Source: an uncultured delta proteobacterium (lineage in GTDB: Bacteria; Desulfobacterota; Binatia; UBA9968). Taken from it: a DNA stretch of 64,000 nucleotides. Each line of letters begins with the position of its first letter. Position 1 is the stretch's first letter. Location: positions 32,001 through 96,000 of the forward strand of contig CAWJBB010000040.1 of NCBI GenBank assembly GCA_963840855.1. Direction: 5' to 3'. Positions 41,266 through 51,149 of this stretch are shown here, one piece after another. A program made the position numbers and the translations under genes. Below the pieces are notes generated by a model that saw only the letters and a program-made list of their open reading frames with translations, made no database searches and was not told where the DNA came from.

Positions 41266-41548
41266 ACAAGTAGATCACTCTACTCGCCAGACGGCGAACC
41301 CCTCCCTTATTTTCAGGCTGTTCAAAAAGATCTCAGAGGCGAGGCGCGCGAAGATCGATAAGCGGAGGCGTACTCTTCTTGTACGTTGACGCGAAATCGG
41401 TCGAGCGCAACAAAGCATATGAGTCTTTTTCAGCAGCCTGGCAGTTGCTTCGAGTAACGTCTTGGAGGACTTGCTGCCGCTAGTGCCTGGCCTCCTCACC
41501 GCGATTTCCAAGAGCCAACCCGGTAGTTTACTGCGGGTCGAAATCTAA
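41246..41548 (+). pseudogene. DUF5615 PIN-like toxin, disrupted
   Basis: Start MRVLLDEQ and end ..SNVLEDLLPLVP..PGSLLRVEI*, separated by a MITE. Confidence 0.65.
41314..41440. mobile_element. 127-bp MITE with terminal inverted repeats
   Basis: CAGGCTGTTCAAAAAGA ... TCTTTTTCAGCAGCCTG (15 of 17 complementary). No coding capacity. Confidence 0.75.
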
Positions 41549-41874
41549 CGCCCAACAGCAAGCGAACGGTAGATTCTTATCCTTTCCGTAGTCCCCCCAC
41601 GAACACGAGTCACGATCACGACCACGGCCTTTATCCTTCAGCCTTTATCCTTTCCCTAACCCCCACGCCCACGCTCACGGCTTTGTCCGGACACGTTCAC
41701 TGCCTTTCCGAAACCCCCACGCCCACGTTCCACGATCACGACCCACGATTCTGCAACCCTTTGCCTTTGTCCTTTCCGAAGCCCTCCACGACCACGAACA
41801 CGCTCACGATCACATCCTCCCCATCACAATGCGATCTGTCATTTCGACCACCACACCAACCACTGCCTACTGAT

Positions 41875-42354
41875 TTATCCGACGTCCGCTGCTTTGCGGC
41901 CCTTCTCTGTCAATGCCCAAACGCCTGTTCGAGTCTCTTTAACTGGTTTCAAGAGTCCTTCATTGCGCATGATGTGGACTTCCCATTCCGCACTCTTTTG
42001 CCAACGTATTGTTCCTGACTGAATGTCGGATTTGTCGAAATCAGTGAGCCTGTCCCTCATCATGGGCTCGAGCTCTTTCAAAACTGTTCCCCTGTCGGAT
42101 TCGCCACCGTGTCGTTTGAGAACTTTCAAGATAGGATCTCGGAACTCATCCTGTGGAGTCTTGGAATCGTTGCTTCTTCTCATTTTTACGGTCCTTACGA
42201 TCGCTTCTGATGCTTCCGATTTCAGTTCCGTCACGGTGACAGGCGAATTTAGACCTGCTATGCGGCGTAATACTGAATTGGGAGTATCCTCAAACGGTTG
42301 TGCATGTTTCTGCAACCACGCATATACATCATCATCAATTCGAATTGTAGGCAT
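41875..42354 (-). CDS. SeqA_N-like RHH plus Mrr_N-like winged-helix protein
   Basis: MPTIRIDDDVYAWL..PFEDTPNSVLRR and PILKVLKRHGG..RWQKSAEW..GVWALTEKG. Confidence 0.7.
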   Translation of the reverse strand: MPTIRIDDDVYAWLQKHAQPFEDTPNSVLRRIAGLNSPVTVTELKSEASEAIVRTVKMRRSNDSKTPQDEFRDPILKVLKRHGGESDRGTVLKELEPMMRDRLTDFDKSDIQSGTIRWQKSAEWEVHIMRNEGLLKPVKETRTGVWALTEKGRKAADVG

Positions 42355-42424
42355 TATTTGCTCCGGTCAGGTGTTTAAATGTTACAGTATATTTAGTGTT
42401 CCTCTGTGTCAAGGCAAGCGAGAG

Positions 42425-43874
42425 CAGGGTGAATTCGTCCTAGCGAGAAACATCAAGATAGTTAAAGAGGTAACACGACTTCTGGACATTTCCCCCCGCA
42501 TCGTGTATAACAGCTATCGCTTACACGATGGCGGAACCATCATTCTTAAACCTTGACGAAGTGCACGTGCGCCCGGTGGAGCACAGCGAAGAGGCGCGTC
42601 ATCACGAACTGATGGCAGCGCATCACTACCTGGGTTTTTTGCCCAAGATCGGTCAGACCCTGTGGTACGTGGCAACCTACCACGGTCAGTGGGTAGCGTT
42701 ACTGACCTTTTCCGCCGCCGCCTGGAAATGCTCCGTGCGCGATCGGTGGATCGGTTGGGACTTCCACCGCCAATATGATTATGCCCGGCTCAAATTGATC
42801 GCCAACAACAGCCGTTTTTTAATCTTGCCCGACTGGCATCGTCGCAATCTGGGCTCCAAGATTCTCTCGCTGTGTCAAAGGCGGCTGCGTGCCGATTGGC
42901 TGGAGCGCTTCGGCCATCAGCTGGTACTTTTGGAGACCTTCGTGGACCCACGTTTCCACGGCACCGTCTATCGTGCGGCGAACTGGTCGTATCTGGGCCT
43001 GACCCAAGGATACCGGCGCACCCGCACGGGCTACACTACGACGAGGCTATCGCCCAAAAAAGTGTTCGTCACACCCTTGCAGGCCAATGCCCGCAAGCTG
43101 TTAGCGCAGCCTTTGCTTAAATCCCCTTATCGTCAAGGAGTCCCCAAGATTATGCTGAGCGCCCAACAGATGCGATCATTGCCTGACTTTTTTCTCGACA
43201 TTCCCGATCCGCGCCGCGCCCAAGGACGACGCCATCCCCTCTGTGCAGTGTTGGCCATTGCGGCTGGGGCCATCCTGTGTGGCATGCGCGGCTACAAAGC
43301 GATGGCCGACTGGGCGCAAAGTCTCGGCCCCAATGCCAGAGCACGGTTTCGTTGCCGCTATGTCAACGGTCGGTATCTTGTGCCCAGCGAATCGATCCTG
43401 CGCAATGTCCTAATTCGTGTGGCTCCGGCTGATCTCGACCGCTCTCTACAATGCTGGAACGCCGCCTTCGGCCAACACGACACCCGTCTTGCCATCGACG
43501 GTAAGACGATGTGCAACGCCCTGGATCAAAACGGCGATCAAACCCATGTCATGAGCGTGCTCGGCCATCAGAGCAAGGCCTGCTACACCCAAAAAAAGTC
43601 GGTGCTCTGCCCGTAGCGGGCAATTTTGAAGAACTCAAGCAAACCAACGAGATCGGTATGGCTATCCCCCTGCTCGATAGCCTCGATCTAACCGACAAGG
43701 ATATCACTGCCGATGCTTTACTGACCCAGCGCAAAGTGGCCAACTACTTGGTCGATCTACGCCACGCCCACTACCACTTCACCGTCAAAGCCAACCAGCC
43801 CACGCTGCTCGACGACCTTAGGTTGTTCTTCCAGGACCGAAAACAACCCGACTTCGTGATGCACGACCCACCCG
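42425..43874 (+). mobile_element. ISAs1-family element with DUF4338-fused transposase (CDS from 42528, -1 frameshift at A7G 43591-43598), 3' end cut by IS21
   Basis: HHYLG, RDRWIGW, NNSRFLIL, LETFVD..GTVYRAANW (DUF4338). IPDPRR.QGRRH, AIDGKT, TNEIG, ITADALLTQR, TVKANQPTL (ISAs1 DDE). CAGGG left end. Confidence 0.85.
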
Positions 43875-43978
43875 TGTTCGATTTCACTGAAGGGACCCAC
43901 CCGATTTCAACGAAGGGGACCACCCAATTCAGCGGAGCGAAGCGACGAAGTTATCTTGACTGTCTACAATAAGCCTCC

Positions 43979-44734
43979 CTAGTTTTTCAATCCTGATTTT
44001 TTCTCTGTGAGTTTTTCTCTATAGGACTTCTCTCCTTTCAAGGTGATTTTCTGAGATGGATGAATCAGCCGATCCACGATGGCCTCGGCGATCACCGGAT
44101 CTTCAAACAGTTTGAGCCATCCCTGGGGCTCAACCTGGGAAGTGACGATGAGGGGAGCCTTGCGGTAGCGCTCTTCGAGGATGTCCATCAGGGAAGTGGC
44201 TTCCTCGTGGGTATAGTTTCTTAACCCCAGGTCATCGAGGATCAAAACCTTGGCCTTGATGAGACTACGGATGTAGTTGAGGTAACGGCCGGCGGCCCTG
44301 GCAGCTTGGATTTCCTCGAACAGGAAGTTGACTGGCAAGAATTGCGTGGGATGACCTTCCTGGCACAGCCGTTTTCCCAAGGCTATCGCTAGATGAGTCT
44401 TTCCCAAACCGGTTTTACCTAAAATCAAAAGATTCTCCAGGTTATGGAGGAAGCCGAGCTCGCAGAGTTCTTTGATCTTGGCTTTGGTCAGATCCTTGTG
44501 GAACGCTAAATCTAAGTCTTCCAGATCGGCGCGGAACCGAAAGCGGGCCTTGGTCACCAGCGCCTTGGCGGTTCGGTCTTTGCGCGACAACAGTTCATCT
44601 TCGAGCAGCAAGCGTAAAAACTCCAGGGGATGGAGCTGCTGGGACAAAGCGATCTGGGCTTGCCGTTCGCAGGCTTCATGGATGCCAAACAGGCGCATCT
44701 GGTGGGAAAGGTTTCTGACTTGATCAAGCATCAT
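43979..44734 (-). CDS. istB: IS21 helper ATPase
   Basis: GKTGLGKTHLA, VLILDDLG, AIVDRLIH. Confidence 0.95.
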   Translation of the reverse strand: MMLDQVRNLSHQMRLFGIHEACERQAQIALSQQLHPLEFLRLLLEDELLSRKDRTAKALVTKARFRFRADLEDLDLAFHKDLTKAKIKELCELGFLHNLENLLILGKTGLGKTHLAIALGKRLCQEGHPTQFLPVNFLFEEIQAARAAGRYLNYIRSLIKAKVLILDDLGLRNYTHEEATSLMDILEERYRKAPLIVTSQVEPQGWLKLFEDPVIAEAIVDRLIHPSQKITLKGEKSYREKLTEKKSGLKN

Positions 44735-44893
44735 GGCGGGGAGACCTCCTGGTGAAACGGCTGTTTTGGGGGGTACCCAAGGTATGGGTCAAAGCGAGAT
44801 CGTCGTTTATAGGGCCTCTGTGGAGGTCGTTTTTCTCTGCTCCCTGCTCTGGGAGGTAAAAAATCAGGTTGGGGCTGGATTTTAAGCTCGTGC

Positions 44894-46413
44894 TCATAGC
44901 AGTTCCTCCTCCACCGACGGCAGCGACAGTTCAGGATCTGAGCCCGCGTTGGCAGCGTATTGGTGTAGATGCACGGTATCCAGCTTTCTCTGCGGGGGAA
45001 GAAGCGTGGGTCTTTGGCCATGGGTAACAAAGTAAAGGGCGCAGTCTTGGATGTAGGCGAGCCGTGTCTTGTTGAAGCTCATCGCCCGCTGGCAGGCATG
45101 GTCCAAAGCTTCAGCCGTGATGGGATAGCGTTTGGCAAGCCGCAAGATTCCTTGGACCCGTCTTAGATGGCGCAATGGATGTTGGCCTGAGAGCAGATCA
45201 TCGAGTAACTTCTCGACATGGGGGCCAAGCTTTTTGGCCTGTTCTTGAGCGTGACGGACTTCAAAGCGCGCCACGCTCAGCTTGGCTTCGGGATAATGGA
45301 AATCATAGGTGGAGAACTGTCCGACCCCCATCAGTCCGTGTGAGCGGTAAGGGGCTGGCTGTCCTCACTAAACACTTCCACAATTTTCTCGGTGAGCCTG
45401 ACCCTGACCCTTTGGCTGACGTAGACAAAGGGGACCGAGTAGAAGTTTTTCTCCACTTGGATATGGCAGTCGGGATGGACTTTAGCCTGGCGCCACTCGC
45501 TTAACTCGAAGGGAGAGGGTGGCAGGGCCTTTAATTGCTTTTTCTCTTGCTCGAAGCGCTGGTTGCGGCTCACCCCGTAGTCTTTCATCACCTCGCGGTT
45601 CAACCGATGAAGATATTCCCTGAGGGTTTGATTGAGATCTTGGAGAGAATAGAAGACCCGGTTACGGACCTCCTGGAAAGAACCCTCTTTGGATCACTCC
45701 GATGTGGCATTCCCCAGAGCCCTTGTCCCGGGCCTTGTAGGGTCTGGCCGGCAGTACCGCAAAGCCCATGTGATTGGCAAAATCACAGTAGGTGGGATTT
45801 ACATCGGGGTCGTACAGATCGGCCTTGTGGACACCGCTCTTGAGATTGTCCACCACTACGTAGGGGGTTATCCCACCAAAGTAGGCGAACATGCGCTGCT
45901 GGACCCCGATGAAGGTGGAAAGCTTCTGATCTAGAACGAATTCCCCGAAGGTATACGAGCTGAAGGGCAGAACCCCTAAGAAAAACTGGGTCAGTGTCTT
46001 GTTTCCCGTCCCTCGCTCGGTGATAAACAGACCGTCTGAAAAATCGATCTGGGTTTTTTCCGCAGGCTTGTGATGAAGCCGGATAGTCACTTGATCGGGT
46101 GAGGCTTGCACACTAACCTTTTCCCGAAACTGCCGCCAAAACTTTACATACGCTGATCTCGGGGGCCACCTCCCGCTGGATCTGCTTGACCGTGGTCCCT
46201 TTGCCATAGACTTCCTGGCGGACATACTCCCAGTCAACTGTCTCAACCCAACCACCGCTCTCACTGGGCGGCTCTGCGGTGGGCTCCAAAAACTTCCGCA
46301 CCGTCCTGCGCGAAAGCCGAAGTATCCGGGCAATACGGCCGAACGGAGTGCCCCTGTTCGGACAGAGATTTGATTTGAGCTCGCATACGAACGCTGGTCC
46401 TTTCTTTGGCCAT
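44894..46413 (-). pseudogene. istA: IS21 transposase with several frameshifts
   Basis: QIDF, VVDNLKSGV, ARPYKARDKG..E, KVHPDCHIQV..YSVP spread across at least three frames. GGAGGAGG RBS before ATG 46413. Confidence 0.9.
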
Positions 46414-46566
46414 TAACTGGATCCTCCTCCAGTTGGCCAAGGTAGCATCGTTCGTCGGCTGGCTCAGAAAACGAAGGGGACCACCTGAAATTGGGTGGGT
46501 CCCTTCCTTGAAATCAGGTGGGTCCCTTCGTTGAAATTGGGTGGGTACGTTCCGTGAAATCGGTCA

Positions 46567-47663
46567 GTCGGATGCAGAGACATGTACGCCGACTGCAGTG
46601 ATGAGTCGTGTAATATGGTGAGAGACTTCTTCGCTCGCGTCATTGCCACGTAAACTTCCCGATCTCGGTCGGCTTCGGCGAGATCGAGTGTGTGTTTGTC
46701 CTTCGTAATGGCGAGATTGTTTACGTCGAGCACAAATCTTATCTTCTCTCCACTGAAGAGCCTCGTTCTTAGCGCGGGCGCTACATCTATCGCGCGGCCT
46801 GTTCCTGCAGTATAAACATGGTCGAACTCGAGGCCCTTTGCCTGGTGGAAGGTTAGCATTAGTACCGCATTTTCCTCGAATGTTTCTACTTCTAGGTCGT
46901 CAAGTGGAGCGCTATTTAGTAGAGCGCCGAAGACATTGAGCAGTTGCCAGAAACGCTCCGGCCATACGAATTTGTTCTTACTCTTGGAGACATCGAGCGG
47001 GAGATCCAGTGACTGGCGTGTTAGGCGAGTAGCCGCGATGTTTGCCTCGAGTAATTGAGTAAACAACGCTTGTCGAAATAGAGCGGGGGTAAATCCGGTG
47101 TTTCTAAAGAAGGGAAGACAAAGGAGACGCGAAACGAGTCCTGCCAGCGTCAATCTCGTCTTCTTCTGGGAGGCATACGCGCGGACAAGGTTCTCGCGAA
47201 TCTGAGCAATAAACTCCAAAACGACTCGGCGTTGCGGGGCGGCGGCGCCAATCTTTCCGCGTTCACCTTTGACGTAGCGCTTCTGAAACTCAAGATGCGA
47301 AGTGTTAATCGGAAAAGTTGGCGACTGGGTATTAGCATAAGCCTGGCGGTTTGGGTGGTCATGGTAACTCGCTGCTACCATCACTTCCCGGCCGCCCTTT
47401 CCGGCCGGAGCAAGCGAGATCGGGTCAATGAGATACGAAATAAGCCCCAACAGTTGTGAGACCGGACTGTCGGAGGTCGCGGCAGTCTTGTTGCGCGGGT
47501 TGTAAACGCGAAGATCGGCAGATTCCATCGCATTGCGCAGTGTCAATGCTGGCGACGGACGGCCTTTTCCGCCTCTTTCACTGCTGCTGAAAATCAATAT
47601 TGATGCCGAAGGAGGTGTCTTTCCAGAACTTCCAGGTATTTTGCCTGCTCCGATGTTTTCCAA
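46567..47663 (-). pseudogene. UvrD/SF1 helicase C-terminal fragment
   Basis: LTFHQAKGLEFDHV and REVYVAMTRAK motifs. No Walker A. 3' end runs into the IS21 IR. Confidence 0.8.
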
Positions 47664-47732
47664 TTCACGAGAGGTCTAAGGGGTCAAGTCTAGAGTTGAC
47701 TAGTTATACCCTTTCCTGGTAGTGGTCATACC

Positions 47733-48692
47733 ATGTCGCGTCCATTGCGGATCCAGTTTCCCGATGCGGTGTATCACGTCATGAACAGGGGTGCCGCAAG
47801 ACAGGCGACGTTTGCGAGCGACGCTGACCATCAAGCCTTCCTCGACACGGTGGCCGAGGCGCACAGGCTGTGGGGTATCGAAGTCTTCGCGTACTGTTTG
47901 ATGGGGAATCATTACCATCTGTGTCTTAGAACATCGAGAGGAAACCTTTCCCGGGTCATGCGCCACCTCGACGGCATCTATACCCAGCGATTCAACCGGA
48001 GCCATGGCCGCGACGGCCCGCTGTTTCGCGGTCGCTACAAGGCGATCCTGGTTGAGCAAAGCGAGTATTTGGCGGCTGTGATTCGTTGCATTCATTTGAA
48101 CGCGGTTGCTGCGGGGATTGTAAAGCTGCCCGAGGATTATCGCTGGGCGAGCCACCGATATTATCGTCGGAGGAAAGGGGCACCGAGTTGGCTCAATACC
48201 ACGGAAGCAGTGGAACAGATCGGCGGGAGGCAAGCGTTTCATGAGTTCGTGCTATCGGGGAACGAGGAATCATTGAAGCGTTATTATGAAGCTAAGCGTC
48301 AAAGTCCGATACTCGGCAGCGAAGAGTTCATTGAGGGGATAAGAGAGCGGGGTGCTGCAGAAGTGCGGGAGTACGCACGGTATGAACGGCGAGTGGTGCA
48401 GACGGCACCGGAACGTGTTATCGGCGAAGTGGCGCGGCAGTACAAAGTGGCGAGGGAGGAGATTTTTCGCGGGATACGGGGACGGGAAAACGAGGCGCGG
48501 AAAGTGGCGATGTACCTGGTCAAGCGCTGCTGCGACCGGACGTTAGCCGAGATGGCGGAATACTTCAAAGTGGGTAATTATTCGGCGGTGGGGTGGAGTT
48601 GCCGTGCGATAGAATCCAAGATGGCCAGAGAAAAGAAGCTCAGAGATCGGATCGAAAAGATAATCGGAAGTATCCATCAACGGATGCTCTAA
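47733..48692 (+). CDS. REP-associated tyrosine transposase (RAYT, Y1 HUH) with DnaA C-terminal-like HTH
   Basis: MSRPLR..YHVMNRG, YCLMGNHYHL, GPLFRGRYK, YRWAS, ARKVAMYL. The usual RYIHxN reads RCIHLN, so the catalytic Tyr may be lost. Confidence 0.9.
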   Translation: MSRPLRIQFPDAVYHVMNRGAARQATFASDADHQAFLDTVAEAHRLWGIEVFAYCLMGNHYHLCLRTSRGNLSRVMRHLDGIYTQRFNRSHGRDGPLFRGRYKAILVEQSEYLAAVIRCIHLNAVAAGIVKLPEDYRWASHRYYRRRKGAPSWLNTTEAVEQIGGRQAFHEFVLSGNEESLKRYYEAKRQSPILGSEEFIEGIRERGAAEVREYARYERRVVQTAPERVIGEVARQYKVAREEIFRGIRGRENEARKVAMYLVKRCCDRTLAEMAEYFKVGNYSAVGWSCRAIESKMAREKKLRDRIEKIIGSIHQRML

Positions 48693-48976
48693 GGCTGCTC
48701 AAAGTTTCAAGGTTCAAACGTTCAAGGATAGATTCCGACAGGGAACTTCCACGTTTCGGTAATTCTCGAAACGTCGAAATGAGCAGCATTATTAATTGAA
48801 GAGGGATTGCGGGATTCGGGTTATAGATGTGGAGGTCAGGCATGATATTGGCTATTTGGGAGAATCTGCGGGTGTCGGGCATTTAGTTATTTAATTCCCA
48901 CCATGGACTCGATCATCGAGGCGATTGCAAACCGCTTGAGAATCCGTGGAGACGCCTTTCACCCATGCAATAGCCA

Positions 48977-49150
48977 GTTCCAATCGTTCCAGCCGTTCAA
49001 TCGCTATGCTCCGTTCAAAGCGCTCTAGCCCAAGACAGGTTTCAAGCGTTCCAAAGTTCCAGTGGTTCCATTCGTTCCACCGCTTCGTTCACCAATTAGG
49101 AGTTCCGTTCCAATCGTTCCATTGCTTGATCAGTTCGAAAAGTTCCAGAC
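48977..49150. repeat. GTTCCAATC-type REP-like cluster
   Basis: GTTCCAATCGTTCCAGCCGTTCAATCGCTATGCTCCGTTCAA. Inverse copies at about 40471-40512 and 37598-37640, partial copy at 60511. Confidence 0.7.
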
Positions 49151-49406
49151 CTTTCAGATTGTCCGCATAACGCACGTAGCGAAGCTTGCGGCGGATCGGT
49201 AGAAATCAACGGCGTAACTAGGCGGGTGGCACAAGCACAGAAAAAGAAAATGAAGTATATCATCGGGCGTCCTCGTAAAATTCCCTTCCCCGAAACCGCG
49301 CCTGATTTTGACTAATTACGGGCTGGTCCCCTAAGTCCTTCCCTTCTCCGAATTCCAAAAATTGACGTGTTTGTGATAGCAACGACAACAGGCTAGGAAC
49401 TACTCC

Positions 49407-49880
49407 GTGGCGACCCTTCTATATTTCGATACGAATGTGCTTTGTCGCCCTTTTGATGACCAGACAATAAGAAGGATTCGGAGGGAGACCGAGGCCTTTG
49501 AACGCATCCTAGAAAAGATACTAGCCAAAGAGGCTGCCTTTGTTACTTCTGATATTCTCGTTTTTGAGATTCGAAGGATTATCTCGCCGGTCAAGAGAGC
49601 CAAGGTATCGATCTACCTTCGTTTACGTCAGGGCCATCACGCTGCAACGACGGAAACTTTAGCGATTGCAAATGAGATCATTAGAAATTTCAAGCTGTCA
49701 CCGCGGGATGCGCTGCACGCCGCCAGTGCCGTGCTGGGGGAGGCCGAGTATTTCCTGTCCTGCGACGACGGCGTCACGAAAAGGTTTAAGACAACGCCGC
49801 TTTCTGTTAACATCCAGAACGAAGATCGCACCTTGGAAGTGATGAATCCGGAAGATTTCATTGCGAAGATGGGATGGTAA
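49407..49880 (+). CDS. PIN-domain toxin
   Basis: LYFDTNVLCRPFDDQ, DALHAASA, FLSCDD, NPEDF. Confidence 0.88.
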   Translation: MATLLYFDTNVLCRPFDDQTIRRIRRETEAFERILEKILAKEAAFVTSDILVFEIRRIISPVKRAKVSIYLRLRQGHHAATTETLAIANEIIRNFKLSPRDALHAASAVLGEAEYFLSCDDGVTKRFKTTPLSVNIQNEDRTLEVMNPEDFIAKMGW

Positions 49881-50095
49881 TAATGGGTAAACCCGCCGGC
49901 AAAGTCGAAGACGCTCTAATCCAGGAAGGCTGGAAAACTCTCGTAAAAAAAATGGGAGTGGCTAAAGCGACTCGTTTTCTGGTTGCCTTCGAGCGTGGAG
50001 AAGGAGACTCCGTAAAAGAAATCAAGCGTTTCTGGCGTGGCAAGTCACTGGATGAAATTTATCGCATGGTCAAACGCGAAAAGATAACGCCCTAA
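49874..50095 (+). CDS. Small putative antitoxin
   Basis: EGWKTLVKKMGVAKATRFL..G.GDSV. Overlaps the PIN gene. Confidence 0.65.
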   Translation: MVIMGKPAGKVEDALIQEGWKTLVKKMGVAKATRFLVAFERGEGDSVKEIKRFWRGKSLDEIYRMVKREKITP

Positions 50096-50118
50096 CGTCA
50101 AGTTTCAGTTTGATCGTC

Positions 50119-50319
50119 GCAAACTCCGATGCGGGTCGGCCCGGCGCAAGGTATTGATCAGCGATAGAAGATTATATAGATGGCGCGGTCTAGAGGCTTA
50201 GAGCGGGTTTTTTCGGTGTGAAAAGCCACTCTAAGACACAACCGATGCCGCGCGCCAACCGCCATTTTCTACCTGGTCACATCTGGCACATCACTCACCG
50301 CTGCTATCAGAAGAAGTTT
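50119..50319 (+). pseudogene. RAYT leader and N-terminal stub (MPRANRHFLPGHIWHITHRC from 50245)
   Basis: Typical RAYT N-terminus. Near-identical stub at 51878. Leader similar to 55722-55841. Confidence 0.75.
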
Positions 50320-50418
50320 GTCGCGGTCGGCTGCGCCGGTTTGACATCGATAGCGCAGTCTCTTAGCATTGGTTTGGATTATCAATCATGGTCGAAATCA
50401 TTTAGAGAGGGTTGGCTT

Positions 50419-50703
50419 ATGACAGAGTCGGCAGAGAAAATAGATCATCCCTATATCGTTTCTCGGGCGGACTACTGCGGCGGCAGTCCTGTGATCAAAG
50501 GCACGAAATTTCCTGTTCGCTCAGTCGTCAACTACGTTCTTCGCCAAGGCATCTCACCTGAAGAGTTGGTTGGAGAGTTCTCCCATCTAACCCTCGCGCA
50601 AGTCTACGACGCCCTTTCGTACTACTATGATCACAAAGAAGCGGTTGACCAGGATCTTCAAGAGAACTCGCAAGAGAATCACAGACCCGTGACCGGGGTC
50701 TAA
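50419..50703 (+). CDS. DUF433 antitoxin
   Basis: HPYIV..CGGSPVIKGTKFPV..QVYDALSYYYDH. Confidence 0.9.
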   Translation: MTESAEKIDHPYIVSRADYCGGSPVIKGTKFPVRSVVNYVLRQGISPEELVGEFSHLTLAQVYDALSYYYDHKEAVDQDLQENSQENHRPVTGV

Positions 50704-51050
50704 TGGCCAAGATTACCCTGCTGTTGGATGAGGATGTCCGTCCAATACTGGGCGAAATTCTCCGGCAGCGAGGGTACGATGCCGTGCATGTCTTAGATGC
50801 TGGCCGCACAGGACAAAGTGATGCCGAGCAACTGGCTTATGCCGTCAGCCAACGGCGCACAATCCTCACTCATAACATTCGACACTTCAGGCTCCTGAAC
50901 CAAAGATACCACGAAGAAGGCAGGCAACACTTCGGGATCTTACTTTCAGCGCAGGTACCGCTAAAAGATCTATTGCGCCGAGTTCTTCGGTTTTTGGGGC
51001 GCCACACCGCAGATGACGTAAAAAACAATGTCCTCTGGTTGGATGAATAG
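50703..51050 (+). CDS. DUF5615 PIN-like toxin
   Basis: LLLDEDV, SDAEQLAYA, ILTHN..F, HFGIL. Confidence 0.88.
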   Translation: MAKITLLLDEDVRPILGEILRQRGYDAVHVLDAGRTGQSDAEQLAYAVSQRRTILTHNIRHFRLLNQRYHEEGRQHFGILLSAQVPLKDLLRRVLRFLGRHTADDVKNNVLWLDE

Positions 51051-51149
51051 AGACCAACTGATCGGCAACGGAACCTCCGGCGGGTCGCCCATTAGCACGG
51101 AGAGGACTTGATTTATGAAGGATCGAAATGAGCGGTCACAGATAAAACT

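Larger units (their letters stand above)
43875..46566 (-). mobile_element. IS21-family element, 2692 bp
   Basis: TG..CA ends with matching IRs (TGTTCGATTTCACTGAAGGGACCCACCC vs TGACCGATTTCACGGAACGTACCCACCC), internal repeated boxes, istA and istB. Confidence 0.93.

Noticed and set aside
42528-43616. Druantia defence system
   Set aside because: The DUF4338 domain is fused to an ISAs1 transposase and no druB-E genes are recognisable.
9045-46413. Programmed recoding in the TPP enzyme, TIR and istA frameshifts
   Set aside because: No slippery motifs. Scattered single-base indels are better explained by decay or sequencing error, which cannot be distinguished without reads.
50218-50703. 161-aa RAYT-DUF433 fusion protein
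   Set aside because: A chance in-frame join of a RAYT stub and DUF433, which has its own RBS and ATG at 50419.
35124-51050. Integron cassette array
   Set aside because: No tyrosine integrase. Isolated YTAAC after some stops (41544, 50091) lack a matching GTTRRRY and attC stem.
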